Positions 26,001-36,905 of a DNA stretch of 43,971 bases are shown piece by piece. Numbering within the stretch: the first letter of the stretch is position 1; every line of letters begins with the position of its first letter. This stretch comes from Vicugna vicugna. Its lineage: Eukaryota. Under the pieces are notes generated by a model. That model saw only the letters and a list, made by a program, of their open reading frames with translations, was not told the DNA's origin and did not search any database. The DNA lies in contig MU058337.1 of the NCBI GenBank assembly GCA_013265495.1, positions 4,334,880 to 4,378,850 of the forward strand, in the 5' to 3' direction. A program made the position numbers and the translations under genes.

Positions 26001-29000
26001 GCCCTAAAAGGGCAAAAAAGTCAGGCATTGTTTGTTCCAGAACAAAAGGAGCGCAACCCAGAGTCGCTTCAGAAGTCTCTTTCTTCCTTCTGGAACTTTC
26101 CACCTCAGTTTGGTGATCTGGAGGAAAAAAATGAAACTGCCACAAGCACAACTATAAATCTGGAGCAAAAAAAATTAGACATGAAAGAAGGGATATTAAA
26201 AATAGACACAAATATAGCCGTCCACCTGGAAGAGGACAAAATAGAAATGCACAAACGCACCACCGTCAATCTGGAGGAGGAGAAAATAAAAATGGACACA
26301 AGCAACACAGTAAACCTGAGCATGGCATCTCTAAAGGCAGAGGAACCGCAAATCAAGGCTCAGGTCGTCACTCATATGGCAAACCACGACCCAAGGAAAC
26401 AAAAACATAAAAAGGAACGAGAAGTGTCTTGCACAAAACAAAGCATTCAGCTACAAAATATGTTTCAAAAACATATGCTGGATTCATTTTATGCCTATAT
26501 TCCAGTTTCTTCCAATTTTGGAGGTCAGAAAGGCAGATTAACAATAGCAGATGTGAAAAGAGAATTGAGCCCCAAATATTCAAGTATGAAAATCCCAAAG
26601 CATCCTGTTCTACAGATTCTAGGCAACACAGGACGTGGTACTCCAAGCAACAGAAAGAAATTGGAGTATAACTTTAACAGATCAAAGAAAATATCTTTGT
26701 GGCGAGAAGAAGCCTCAGGAATTTTTATCAGAAGTCTTTCTATTTCCATGATGAGTCCATCTCAGACTAAAGAAACAGTAGAACCTGAGACAAACTTAGA
26801 AAGAGCAAAGAGAACTTGTCTTTCAAAATTTCCGCATAAATCACCAAACGCTAGTAAAGCTGTCAAGAGGGACAGCTCAAGCACTGTAAAAGAAGGCGAC
26901 CAGAATTCTACAAGCGCAGTTCCTCAGGATTCTCAGCCCTTCGTGGTGGATGAGCAACAAATGAACAAGCTTCCTAGTGCCAAGTCAGAAGCAAACCTCA
27001 GCAGTGAAGCAAATCAAAGTTTAACTCCACAAACAAAAGAAAGGGTTGTTCCAGGCCATGACATCTCAAGCATTGTAAAAGAGCCTGACTTGCTTACGAT
27101 CGAGCAAGAAAAGGCACCAAAATCCATTCAAACACCTACAGATTGTCCATTCATGCCTGAAGATCCAAACGAAAATGTGGAAACCCACATGAAAAGTACC
27201 CTCAGTACGAATATTCCCCCGCTGGGGGTAGAAGAACCACCGTGTGAAACTCAGCTGTTTGGTACCGCAGAGCATGCCCCACCACCTGAGGATGGAGATC
27301 AGCGTGAACCTGTACAGGTCACAGCCACACAAACGCTTCAGCAACAGAAAACTCCTCCAGGAACTGAGCCCGAAGCATCCCAAGTTAAAGGTAATGAAAT
27401 AGAAATAGTGGCAGATAGTCCAAGAGCAGAAAGTTTACTTCCTCTTTATGAAGCAATTAAAGATGTCTTCGAAGCCCAGGTGAAAAATATGGTCCAAGAC
27501 AAAATTTATGCTGATATACTAGAAAAAGTGGAAGACGATAAACCTGGTAACTGGGAGGCGCCACCTTCTGCAGGGTGTGCAGATACAACGTCCACAATAA
27601 CACATCCCAAAGTGCAGCCAAAGCCTATTGTAGAAAGTTTTACTTGCGAAGGAAAAAACAAGCTCACGAATCATTTAGAGTCAAAAGCACCTGAAATAAA
27701 TCTGAATTTGACACCAGAGATGAGGAAACAATCCTTCCAAAGGCTCAGCTGTTATCCAAAACCGGCTATTTCGAAACATAACAGCTGGAGGCTCAGTCAA
27801 AGACATAGAAAAACGTGCTTTTTGTCTCTCAGAGGGATTGATACTGTAAAACTCACCCTAAAACACAGATACCAAAAAGACTCACCTCTTGTCAGCTGTG
27901 TGAAAACACTGACTGTTAATGTTTCGAGTGGCAGTGAGGAGATTATTACAAAGCTAAAGAGAATACATGCGCTAGAGAGTAGAACACCTTCATTAATTTC
28001 TGCTGGACAAATGCCATTGCCTTGTATTCTCCAAAACTACCCAGTAAAAGAAAAAGACAAACTTCTCATACACTTTTCTAGGAAAACATTGGAGGTTCAA
28101 ATGAAAACCTTTCCCAGAATTGTAAGAGAATCTTACACAATGGCCAGTGCTCAGGATAGAAGGAAACTTTTATCAACATGTATTCATTCTGATGTCAAAG
28201 TACCAAAACGAGAAAACAGAATTTTGTTACTTTTTGAGGAAAAATCTCTTCATCAAATAGATCTTGATTTACGATACAAATACACTCGTTTTCTCCTGGG
28301 GCTTCCAGTCAAAAGTATGTTCCCTAAGCCGAACACACTTCCCAAACATATTCTTAAGTTACACACAGTTGCAATATGTAAAAAAGTGGACAGTAGTGGA
28401 GAAAGTGGTGGTCTTCCCATTGATACCGGACAGTTAGAACAACATATCTCTTTCAAAAAGCAAAGTCCCCGTGAAAATTCATCACTGATCAATACATTCT
28501 TGGAGCCCCAGCAGGTGTGTTCTTCTGACCCTGATCAACACAGCACAGTGCAGGAAGACACTACGGCTCTTTCAAATTTAAAATCTCACGTGCCTCCAGG
28601 GAAAGACAAACAATGTCACGTATGGTTTCAAGATACAAATACATGTGAATCTGCTGATTTGAAGACTTGGGAAAATGCTCATGATTTGGTTGATTCCCAT
28701 TCAATTCAGAATTTTGAAGATTCTACTGATAGTCACACAAATACTGAGAGTTCAGAAACCTGGGGGGGATGCTCAGCTCTTGATGCACATGACAGTGAAG
28801 AATGTGTGTTTTTAGAAGCCAACTCTTGTTTAAGTCAGGAATCACAAAATATTCTACTTGAATTACAGAAAGGCATGCCTTTGGCAAATCTCTACAGGAA
28901 GAAAAAAATCAAAACTGATCTGAAACCATTTTACACTGAAGATACAGGTTCCCATCATATTAGAGGCCGTAGAAAACATTCCTCAGTTGTGACACCACCT

Positions 29001-29666
29001 TCTTGTGACTCCCACAAAAGCAGGAAATATAGGTCATCCTCCAAAATGCAATCTCGTGACTCGTGTAACAGTTCCTTAACTACTGTAGATCTGTCTATAT
29101 CATCTTCCATTCCATTCAGTGATAAGCTTTCACAGACTACTAAGAGCAGAAAAAATTACTCCTTAGTTCCCTTAACGGAATCAAATATTAAATTACATCT
29201 TGCAAAAAGCCAAGGCAAACCTCGCAGGCATTCAGAAAGCAAAGAAAGAAAGAAGGCCAAATGCGATTCATTTAGAAAGAACAACATTCCTTGGGAATGT
29301 GACTACAGTTATACACAGAGTAAAGAGAAACGCACAAGAAAGAAGAAAGAGCGTGATTTTGAGTCAGAAAGATCGGATTATTTCCCAGGTGAACATAAGT
29401 CAGCCTCAGAACCTCCTCCAGAGGACAGCGACTTCCTTTCTGAAGGAAAACCAAGCCAGCCATTTTTTTATGCCTGTATACCGGCAGACTCACTGGAGAC
29501 TATACCCAAAACCATTCGCTGGACTATTCCTCCCAAAACTTTAAGGAAGAAAGACTTCAGAGTCCCCATGGTGGCCAAGATTTCAAGTTCTTACAACCTA
29601 TGGAGTTCATCCAAAAAGTTGTTGGGGTCACTGTTAGAGTCCTTCAGCCTGGTTCGTCAAAAATGA
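8072..29666 (+). CDS. CCDC168: CCDC168 giant terminal coding exon 4 (21,595 coding nt), a repetitive K/E/S/Q-rich and largely disordered protein region
   Basis: Acceptor ctgtcttcttatatttcag| at 8071/8072 with an upstream ctaac/ctgac branch-like motif near 8030. Phase-2 entry puts 8073 in frame with the uninterrupted 7146-aa ORF 8226-29666. Motifs LSRDQVRLLEENVRNQIP and the C-terminal FFYACIPADSLETIPKTIRWTIPP...KKLLGSL match recalled CCDC168. TGA at 29664-29666. Confidence 0.95.
24441..24737 (+). repeat. Coding tandem repeat, 3 x 99 nt (33 aa)
   Basis: Units start at 24441, 24540 and 24639: RKMYVSIPPTELKSDQGTQVDEEGPGMKRSSLQ / RKILVSRPRIKLKLDKGTQVDEGGLGIKRSSLL / RKMYVSRPLIKLKLDKGTQVDEERLGIKRPSLL. 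Confidence 0.95.
26139..26320 (+). repeat. Degenerate coding minisatellite with a 45-nt (15 aa) period
   Basis: Units at 26205, 26250 and 26295 (DTNIAVHLEEDKIEM / HKRTTVNLEEEKIKM / DTSNTVNL), plus an upstream copy ATSTTINLEQKKLDM. Confidence 0.75.
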
Positions 29667-29720
29667 TTTTACCACATTAAGGTTCATCTCGAGGGAAAGG
29701 TGTCGTGATATTCTGGGAAA

Positions 29721-29726
29721 AATAAA
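29721..29726 (+). terminator. Probable CCDC168 polyadenylation signal AATAAA
   Basis: First AATAAA after the stop codon, beginning 55 nt downstream, followed by T/GT-rich sequence (ttccttgtgaagtgtct). Confidence 0.65.
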
Positions 29727-31109
29727 ATCATATAAAGTCAAATGATTTCCTTGTGAAGTGTCTGCTAAACTGATGCCTTTTATTTCTGCAGTAGATTTGC
29801 ATAGTTCTGGAAGGAGTGGATGGGAAAGTTGATGACTTTGGGTTTGGGCCAACCATGCCTGAGATCTCCTTTCAGTTTCTGCGGCCTCTTTATAATCCTA
29901 AAAGGAGAAGCCTGCAGACTCTGAACCCCTTCCTGATCGCACACAGATGACTAAAGGGTGAGTTGGAGGAATTGTAGCCCATAAATGTGATTGAGAGAGA
30001 ATGACACGAAAGGCAGGAGAACACAGAAACTAGAGGGAGACAGATTCAAGTAGCAGCAGGGATTCAACAATTTCAGACATCGCAAGATGAAGGGGTAAGG
30101 ACTCGTTGCGAAAACCCAGATTCCTCTGATGGCTTTGTCCCCATCCCTAACCGCGAGTGACACCCAAAGCAGCTCCATGACCTGTACCTGCTCACCACCT
30201 GCCATGACAGGACATCAGGTCGCTTGGGGACCTCACCCTGTAGTACCTACCACTGCACAGGAGCGGCCCCGGGAGAGATCCAGGGGGCAGCCCACAGCTC
30301 TGCCAGGTGAAGGGAGATGCCTCTCAATGCACCTACACCTCCTGCCCTGGGCGTTGAGGCCCCCGGTAGGGGCTGGAGCAGGCTCACCTGTGGGCAGAGG
30401 AGACTGAGAACTGGAGGGTGGTCTGGGGCAGTACCAGCAGTCACCTTCACCTTTGCCCTCAGGGCTGGTGACCCTCGCCCTCAGGCTCTCGCAGGAGGCC
30501 CAGAAAAGCTGAATCGACCCAGGGGCTGCCAGTAGAGAATACAGATGGGTAAGATTGGGGGTGGGGTGTGGGTGGTGGGATTTTTAGCATCACGTGAATT
30601 TGTTAGAATGTATTTTGTACTGGCTTATTTCTAATGTGTAAGTAGAGTATTGGTCTCATTTGGAAAAAAAAACTTTTTTTGCCCTATAAAAATTTCATAA
30701 TGTTAATTATTTTCTTATTATAATGACAAGACAGATGATAGTTTTTCATATCATCTTTACATTCATGCTGGCAATAACAATGCTTCCTCTATTATAAATG
30801 CTACTTGATCTCTTTAAAACACATATTTACCATGAGTGAAATATTTAGGCATGCTTAATAAAATATAAAATTATAAAACATTCCATTTTTTTACCAGGCA
30901 AAGTATCTAATTTTATACAATTTACATACAACTTTTCATTTTAGTAGTAGAAACAATGAAATGATTTTACTTCTTGATATTTAACAAGACTTTAATTCCC
31001 CAAGACATGAACTACAAGCACGTATTAGAGTCTGCCGTCAGTATGATGGTCTTGGCATCTTATATGAGTTGTGTCTGTTGGGTTTGACAATCAGATTGAG
31101 TATTTTAAT

Positions 31110-31650
31110 ACTTTTTATTATACAGAATTGTGAGCTTACACTCATAAAGAGGACAATAGTGTGATGAACTCTATGTGTCCCTGACTCAGCCCTCAAACTT
31201 TAACTATAGGATGCCTGCCTTATCGACTTCTCCATTTGTATTTTGAAACAAATCAAAGATATATAATTTTATAAATAATTTACATATTTCTACAGGATAA
31301 CTACTATTAACAACCGTCTCATATCTAAGAAGTAACAGTAATGACTTAATATCAAATATATAATCAGATGATTTCCAACTACCTCATGAATGTCATTTTT
31401 TAATAGTTCTCATTCCATTGCTTTTTGGGGGGGCGGTAATTAGGTTTATTTATTATTATTTGTTAGAGGGGGTACTGGGGTTTGAACCCAGAACCTCGTG
31501 CATGGTCAGCATGCACTCTGCCACTTGAGCTGTACCCTCCCCCCATTGCTTTTTTTTTCCTTACAAATTTTTTTTTCAAATTAAAGAAACCAGGTGGTTT
31601 GTAGAGTTTCCCACATCCTGCATTTTGCTGATAGTGTCCCCATTTCAGAT
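31110..31650 (-). mobile_element. Old L1 (L1MC/L1ME-type) 3' end fragment, interrupted by the SINE
   Basis: acaatagtgtgatgaactctatgtgtccc...tattttgaaacaaatc...aagaaaccaggtggtttgtagagtttcccacatcctgcattttgctga. Confidence 0.55.
31427..31542 (-). mobile_element. Camelid tRNA-derived SINE (Vic-1-like) with a 12-bp target-site duplication
   Basis: The reverse complement ggggagggtacagctcaagtggcagagtgcatgctgaccatgcacgaggttctgggttcaaaccccagtacc...aataaataaacctaattacc has Pol III A and B boxes. It is flanked by direct repeats ccattgcttttt at 31415-31426 and 31543-31554. Confidence 0.88.
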
Positions 31651-31974
31651 TGAAATTATTTAACTTTGAATTCCTACTTGTTCCTTAAGAGGTCTTCAAA
31701 TAGATTATACAGTGTGTAGCATTTAGAATAAAATGCATTGTTTCAGAAGATTGTGGCTTCTGGCAATGCAGATTAGAGATGCTACAGCTACAGGGCTATT
31801 ACATATGTTATATCGAGCTGTCACACAGTTACAGGTTAGATAGCGCTTAGATACTTAGAGCTGTTGTAGCTGAAATAGCAAAATTCCTTACCGTAAATGA
31901 GGGGGAGGGATTAGGTGACTAGTTCATGTATTATGAAGAACTTGCCCTAAAAAATCAAATGTCTATTGTCAATA

Positions 31975-32300
31975 GAAAAATATTACAAATTTTTGAATAC
32001 AAAATTAGATATGAGAGGGGATATTTATTTAGACTGAAAAATCAATACAAATTTCAAATTTTATTAAGCTGATCAAACTAAAACCATCATTGATAGTTCC
32101 TAAAATAACTGCTTTTTACACTTTTTACTACCTGCTTAATATACTTTTTTTCTACATTATTATTTTTTTTGGCTGCACACTCTCTGATCATCTCTTCATA
32201 AAACAATTTTGTAATATAATTTTCCATATAGAGATTAAAAGTAAACCAGTCTTCTAGGGGTTGATCAAAACTTGCTGTTTATTATTGACTATTTAGAAAG
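31975..32300. mobile_element. Zaphod-like hAT-Tip100 DNA transposon fragment
   Basis: gaatacaaaattagatatg...atatttatttaga...ttttttggctgcacactctctgatcatctcttcata...ttttgtaatat...ttattattgactatttagaaa matches the recalled Zaphod consensus. Confidence 0.65.
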
Positions 32301-32565
32301 TTCAGGCACCTTTGCTAACACAGTGGCCGTTTAGCATACCTTTCCTCGGGAACTGCCAGACCTCATCAGGACAGGATGCATCGAATACGGTAAGATGAGC
32401 GAATTGGGGAGGACAGGGTGGAGAGGGGGTCATGAGCTATCCCCTGTAAGATGCAGACTTAGGTCTGAGAATTTCCTGGTTCTACTGCACACAGCTACAC
32501 CCCTCCAGGGCCTTGGCCCATTACTTAGAAGAAATAGAGAAAGCAGCAGGAATTCATCCTTTAGT

Positions 32566-33058
32566 CAGAGGTTCCCAGGCTTTCTCAGTGCCTTCAGTGC
32601 CGCTCATTGTTTCATTGCACCCCTAGGCAAAAGAAAAGAGCCAACAATTCTGCATATTAAGTAGCATAGGTCCAGACAATTTAAATTATGATTTGTATCT
32701 TAACAGCTTAGGAGTTCCTTGAAAAAAAAATATAGGTCGATTTCATTCTAAAATAACCACACTTAGTTACTAGTGGGATGTGTGTGCCTGTTGGGCACTG
32801 AATAAATTTTTAAGCTTTGGGAATCAGACTGGACACTCCAAACTGATTTTTGTGCAGTATTTACTTTTCTTCCACAGCAGCGAAAACGCTCAGCTTTACA
32901 AAGAAATTGCATAATGGAAAGGAATGTAGCACCATCTATCTAATAATGAAACTGAACAACCTTTAGCTAGTAATTCACTGTGTCCAACAGATGTCGCTGT
33001 GTTTCCCTCACAGTTTAAACTGGTTCCAGGTGGTGGAAGGGCACAGGTTTGGAACTGC
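32566..33058. mobile_element. MER119-like hAT-Charlie DNA transposon
   Basis: Starts cagaggttccca and ends gcacaggtttggaactg. Internal tgggatgtgtgtgcctgttgggcactg, ggaatcagactggacac and cagatgtcgctgtgtttccctc. Confidence 0.7.
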
Positions 33059-33329
33059 CCAGAGATACTAACAAAAGAAGCAGACAAAATAAAAGCCCCG
33101 ACAAAAGACTGCTGTCTGTACCCAAAGGAACAGGAAAGGGGAATCTGAGCAGAACAGAATCCTTTTGACAATACCTGCCCTACTCCAAATACCACAAATG
33201 AATCACACTTTCCTCTCCCCGCTGGTTACGACGCCCAGCACAGTGTACACAGAACTCTAAACCTCCATCCCTGTCCTCTAGCAAGGAGCTGGCACATCTT
33301 CCCTTCCTGCCAGCCCAGAGGCAAAGTGT

Positions 33330-35995
33330 CCACAGAGGCTGTAGGTGGTGCTCAGTCTTTGACCAAATAGGGTAACTAGCTGCCAAATTAGAAGACTGAA
33401 AGAGGAACTAGATTCTCATAAAAACCCCAAAACCCAGAGTATAATCAAATATTACTCATCACACCAACATGCAGGAACATCTCATCTCACTTCAGTGAGA
33501 AAAGACAAGAATCTGTGAAGGATTTTAAAAGCAGTCATCATAAAAATGCTCCAGTAAGCAACTGTGAATACTCTTGAAACAAATGAAAAAATAAAGTCAC
33601 AGGAAAGAAGCAGTGGATGAAAGAAGAATCAACTGAAACATTTTAAGCTGAAAAATAAAATTTAAAAGCTTATTTGAGTGGGCCTGATAGGAGATTGGAA
33701 ATGACAAAGGAAAGAATCAGTGAACTAAATAGATCAAGAATCTGAGGAAATCCCAAACAGGATAAACCCAAAGAAATTCAAGCCAAAATACATCATCATA
33801 AAATTTTTGAAAAGCAAAAAAGAAAAATATGGGAAGCACTCAAATGATACATTACTTATGGGGAAAAACAATTAGAATGCTGGTGTATTTCTTATCAGAC
33901 AACATGGAGCCTGAAGGGAGTGACACTGTATTTCCTAAGTACTGAAAGAAAAGAACTTTCTATATTCAGAATTCTACATTCAATGATGCTCTTTAGAAAT
34001 GTAGGTAAAATACATTTTCAGATGAAGGAAAACTGAAGTGATTTTTCACCAGTAAACTGTCCCTAAAATAATTGCCAAAGGAAGTTCTTCAGACTAAAAT
34101 GAAGTGATAACAGAATGAAACTTGGAACACGAGGAATGAAGAAAGGACTATGGAAGAGATGAGTATCCGGGAAATGTAACAGACTATCCTTTGCCTTTGA
34201 TGGTTGAAAGCAAAATGTGATTCTCAATGTAGGTAGAGAAAATATTTAGGACAAGTATATTTTAAAAGGGATATTTGTAAGGGAACCTAAGTGGTAAGGT
34301 TTCTATATTCCACTATTTACTACTATTTAAATAAGCTTTACGAAGTTCCAGGAAGACTCCAAACTGACCAATACATGAAACCAACTAGAATGAACACAAC
34401 AGAAGGTTTTAGAAGTGGACTGCAATGAGGAATACCATCCAGATTCAGGATCTCAATCTGTAGGAAAGAAGTAAAATATTTATACTAGTGGAATATATTT
34501 AGTTACACATGCATATTATAATGCATGTGCACACATACATATATATATATATTCACATGGATATATAAGTGATATACTCAAAATAATCTTTACAGAAATC
34601 AAGATGGATTTCCAAAAATCTTTCAAGTAACACCCCGGAGGAAGGTAGGAAAAGGGAAACAGGAACAAAACCCAGAGGGAACAACTTAAAAATATAATAA
34701 AATGGTAGATTTAGGTCTTAACGTGTTAGTAATTACTTTAAATGCAAATGATCTAAATACATCAATTAAAAGCCATGTTAGCTGAGTGTATAAAAATTAT
34801 GCTTGACTGTAAGAAACTCAATTCAAATACAATGATATAAGTAGGTTAAAAGGATGGGAAGCGATTTACCATGCAAACTGTATTCAAAAGGAAGCTGGAC
34901 TGGCTATCTTAATATCGGATAAAGTAAATTATAGAGCAAAGAAAATTACCAGGGACAGAGTGGGACTAAATGATAAAGGGTCAGTTTACTCAGAAGAGAA
35001 AACAGCTCTAAATTGTGTATATGCCAAACGACAGAGCTTCAAAGCATGTTAAGCAAAAACTGACAACTAAAAGGAGAAATAGACAAATCCACAGTTCTAT
35101 CTGGGGACTTCAAAACCCCTCTCAGTAATTGGCAGAAAATCAGCAGGGATGTAGAATGAACCACACCATTAACTGCTGAGATCCAGCTGACATTTATAGT
35201 AACCTCTATCCAACAATGGCAAAATATACATATTGTCAAGTGTACATCGAACATTTACCAAGATAGACAATACACTAGGACATAAAACAAACTTCAGCAA
35301 ATTTTAAAGAATTAAAATCATACAGAGTATGTTTTCTGATAATATCCCTGGTATTTCTGGGGAAAAAAAAAACCCTAGAAATCGATTTTTTAAAAAGTAA
35401 CAGGAAAAATCTCCAAGCATTTGGAAATTAAACAATCCACTTCTAAATACTCCATGGGTCAAAGAGAAAGTCTCAAGAGAAATTTTAAAAAATACACTTA
35501 ACTGAATGAAAATGAAAATATATTCACATAAAAAAATCTGTGAACTAAAGTCGTGCTTAGAGAGAAATTTATATTAAATCCTTATATTAGGAAAGAAAAA
35601 ATTCTCAAGTCATAACTTAAGTTTTCACCTCAAGAAATAAGAAAAAGAAGAGCAAAATAAACCCAAAGCAAGCACAAGGAAGAAAACAGTGTAAGAGCAG
35701 AGATCAATGAAATTGAGAGAAAGTATGAAACCAAAAGAAAGTTATTTTTAAAGTTCAATAAAATTGATAAATTTCTAGCTAGACTGACAAATACAAAAGA
35801 CAAGGCACAAATTATATCAGAGAGGAAAAGGGATATCACTACAGACCCCAGACATTAACAGACACAATAAGGCTATGCTACAAACAACTCTGCACAAAAA
35901 CTTGACAGGTTAGATGAAATGGAACAATTCCTCAGAAACCAAAAATTACCAAAACTTACCCAAGATGAAATAGGTCATTTGAATAGTTCTATAAT
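33330..35995 (+). mobile_element. Degenerate old L1 covering ORF1, the inter-ORF region and the ORF2 endonuclease region
   Basis: A-rich + strand with L1 motifs: gaaatcccaaacaggataaacccaaagaa, ttttcagatgaaggaaaact, aattactttaaatgcaaatgatctaaatac, gaaatagacaaatccacagtt...ggggacttcaa, gaacatttaccaagatagac, ttggaaattaaacaat, ttagatgaaatggaacaattcct. Many stops, so non-coding. Confidence 0.88.
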
Positions 35996-36197
35996 TCTGT
36001 GTGTGTGTGTCAAACTCACACGATCAGATTATGAGACAAGATGGAACTAGACCAAAAAGCTATGTGTCCTGAAGCTTTTTTGCATAACTGGGTACCAGGT
36101 TTGACCTCAAGGGATGGCTGCTGTACACTTCTTGCAACTGGTTTGATATCACATTTCAGCTCCAACTTTACATCCTGAGAACACTTAAACATTTCTG

Positions 36198-36905
36198 CAT
36201 TTTTCCGAAGAAGACACATAGATGGCCAACAGGTATATGTAAAGGTGCTCAACATCATAATCATCAAGGAAATGCAAATCAAAACCACAATGAGATATCA
36301 CCTCACACCTATTAGAATGGCTATGATCAAAAATACAAGAAATAAGTGCTGGTGAGGATTTGGAGAAAAGGGAATCCTTGTGTGTTACTGGTGGGAATGT
36401 AAATCGGTGCAGCCACTGTGGAAAACAGTATGGAATTTCCTCAAAGACATAAAAATAGAACCACCATGTGAGCCAACAATTCCATTTCTGAGTATTTATC
36501 CAAAGAAAATGAAAACACTAATTCAAAAAGGTATGTGTACCTCTATGGTCGTTGCACCATTATTCACAATAGCCAAGACATGGAAACAGCCTAAATGTCC
36601 ACTGATGGATAAATGAATAAAGAAGATGTGAGATATATAAATCTCAGCCATAAAAAAAGAATGAGTTCTTGCCAGTTGTGACAACATGGATGGACTTGAG
36701 GGCATTATACTAAGTGAGATAAGTCAGACAGAAAAAGCTATGATCATTTGATCATATGATCTCACTTATGTGTGGAATATAAAAACAAACAAACCAACCC
36801 CCCCCCAAAAAAACAAGCTCATGGATCTAGAGAACAGACTGGTGCTTGTCTGAGGTATGGGGTGGGTTGTTGGGCGAAATGGGTGAAGGGAATAAAAGAA
36901 TCCAA
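36198..36905 (+). mobile_element. L1 ORF2 3' end and 3' UTR fragment, younger than the preceding L1
   Basis: aaatgcaaatcaaaaccacaatgagatatcacctcacacct; [15 protein letters not shown]...LFTIAKTWKQPKCP (L1 ORF2 C-terminus); caacatggatggacttgagggcattatactaagtgag. Confidence 0.92.

Noticed and set aside
8222..29544. Dozens of 60-275 aa antisense or alternative-frame ORFs overlapping exon 4 (e.g. 20357-21184)
   Set aside because: These are expected shadows of a long A-rich ORF. They have F/S/L-biased composition, no recognisable domains and no splice or promoter support.
31470..31542. tRNA gene
   Set aside because: It is the tRNA-derived head of a SINE, with an A-rich tail and TSD.
36380..36616. 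78-aa [18 protein letters not shown]
   Set aside because: Remnant of the L1 ORF2 C-terminus, not a host gene.
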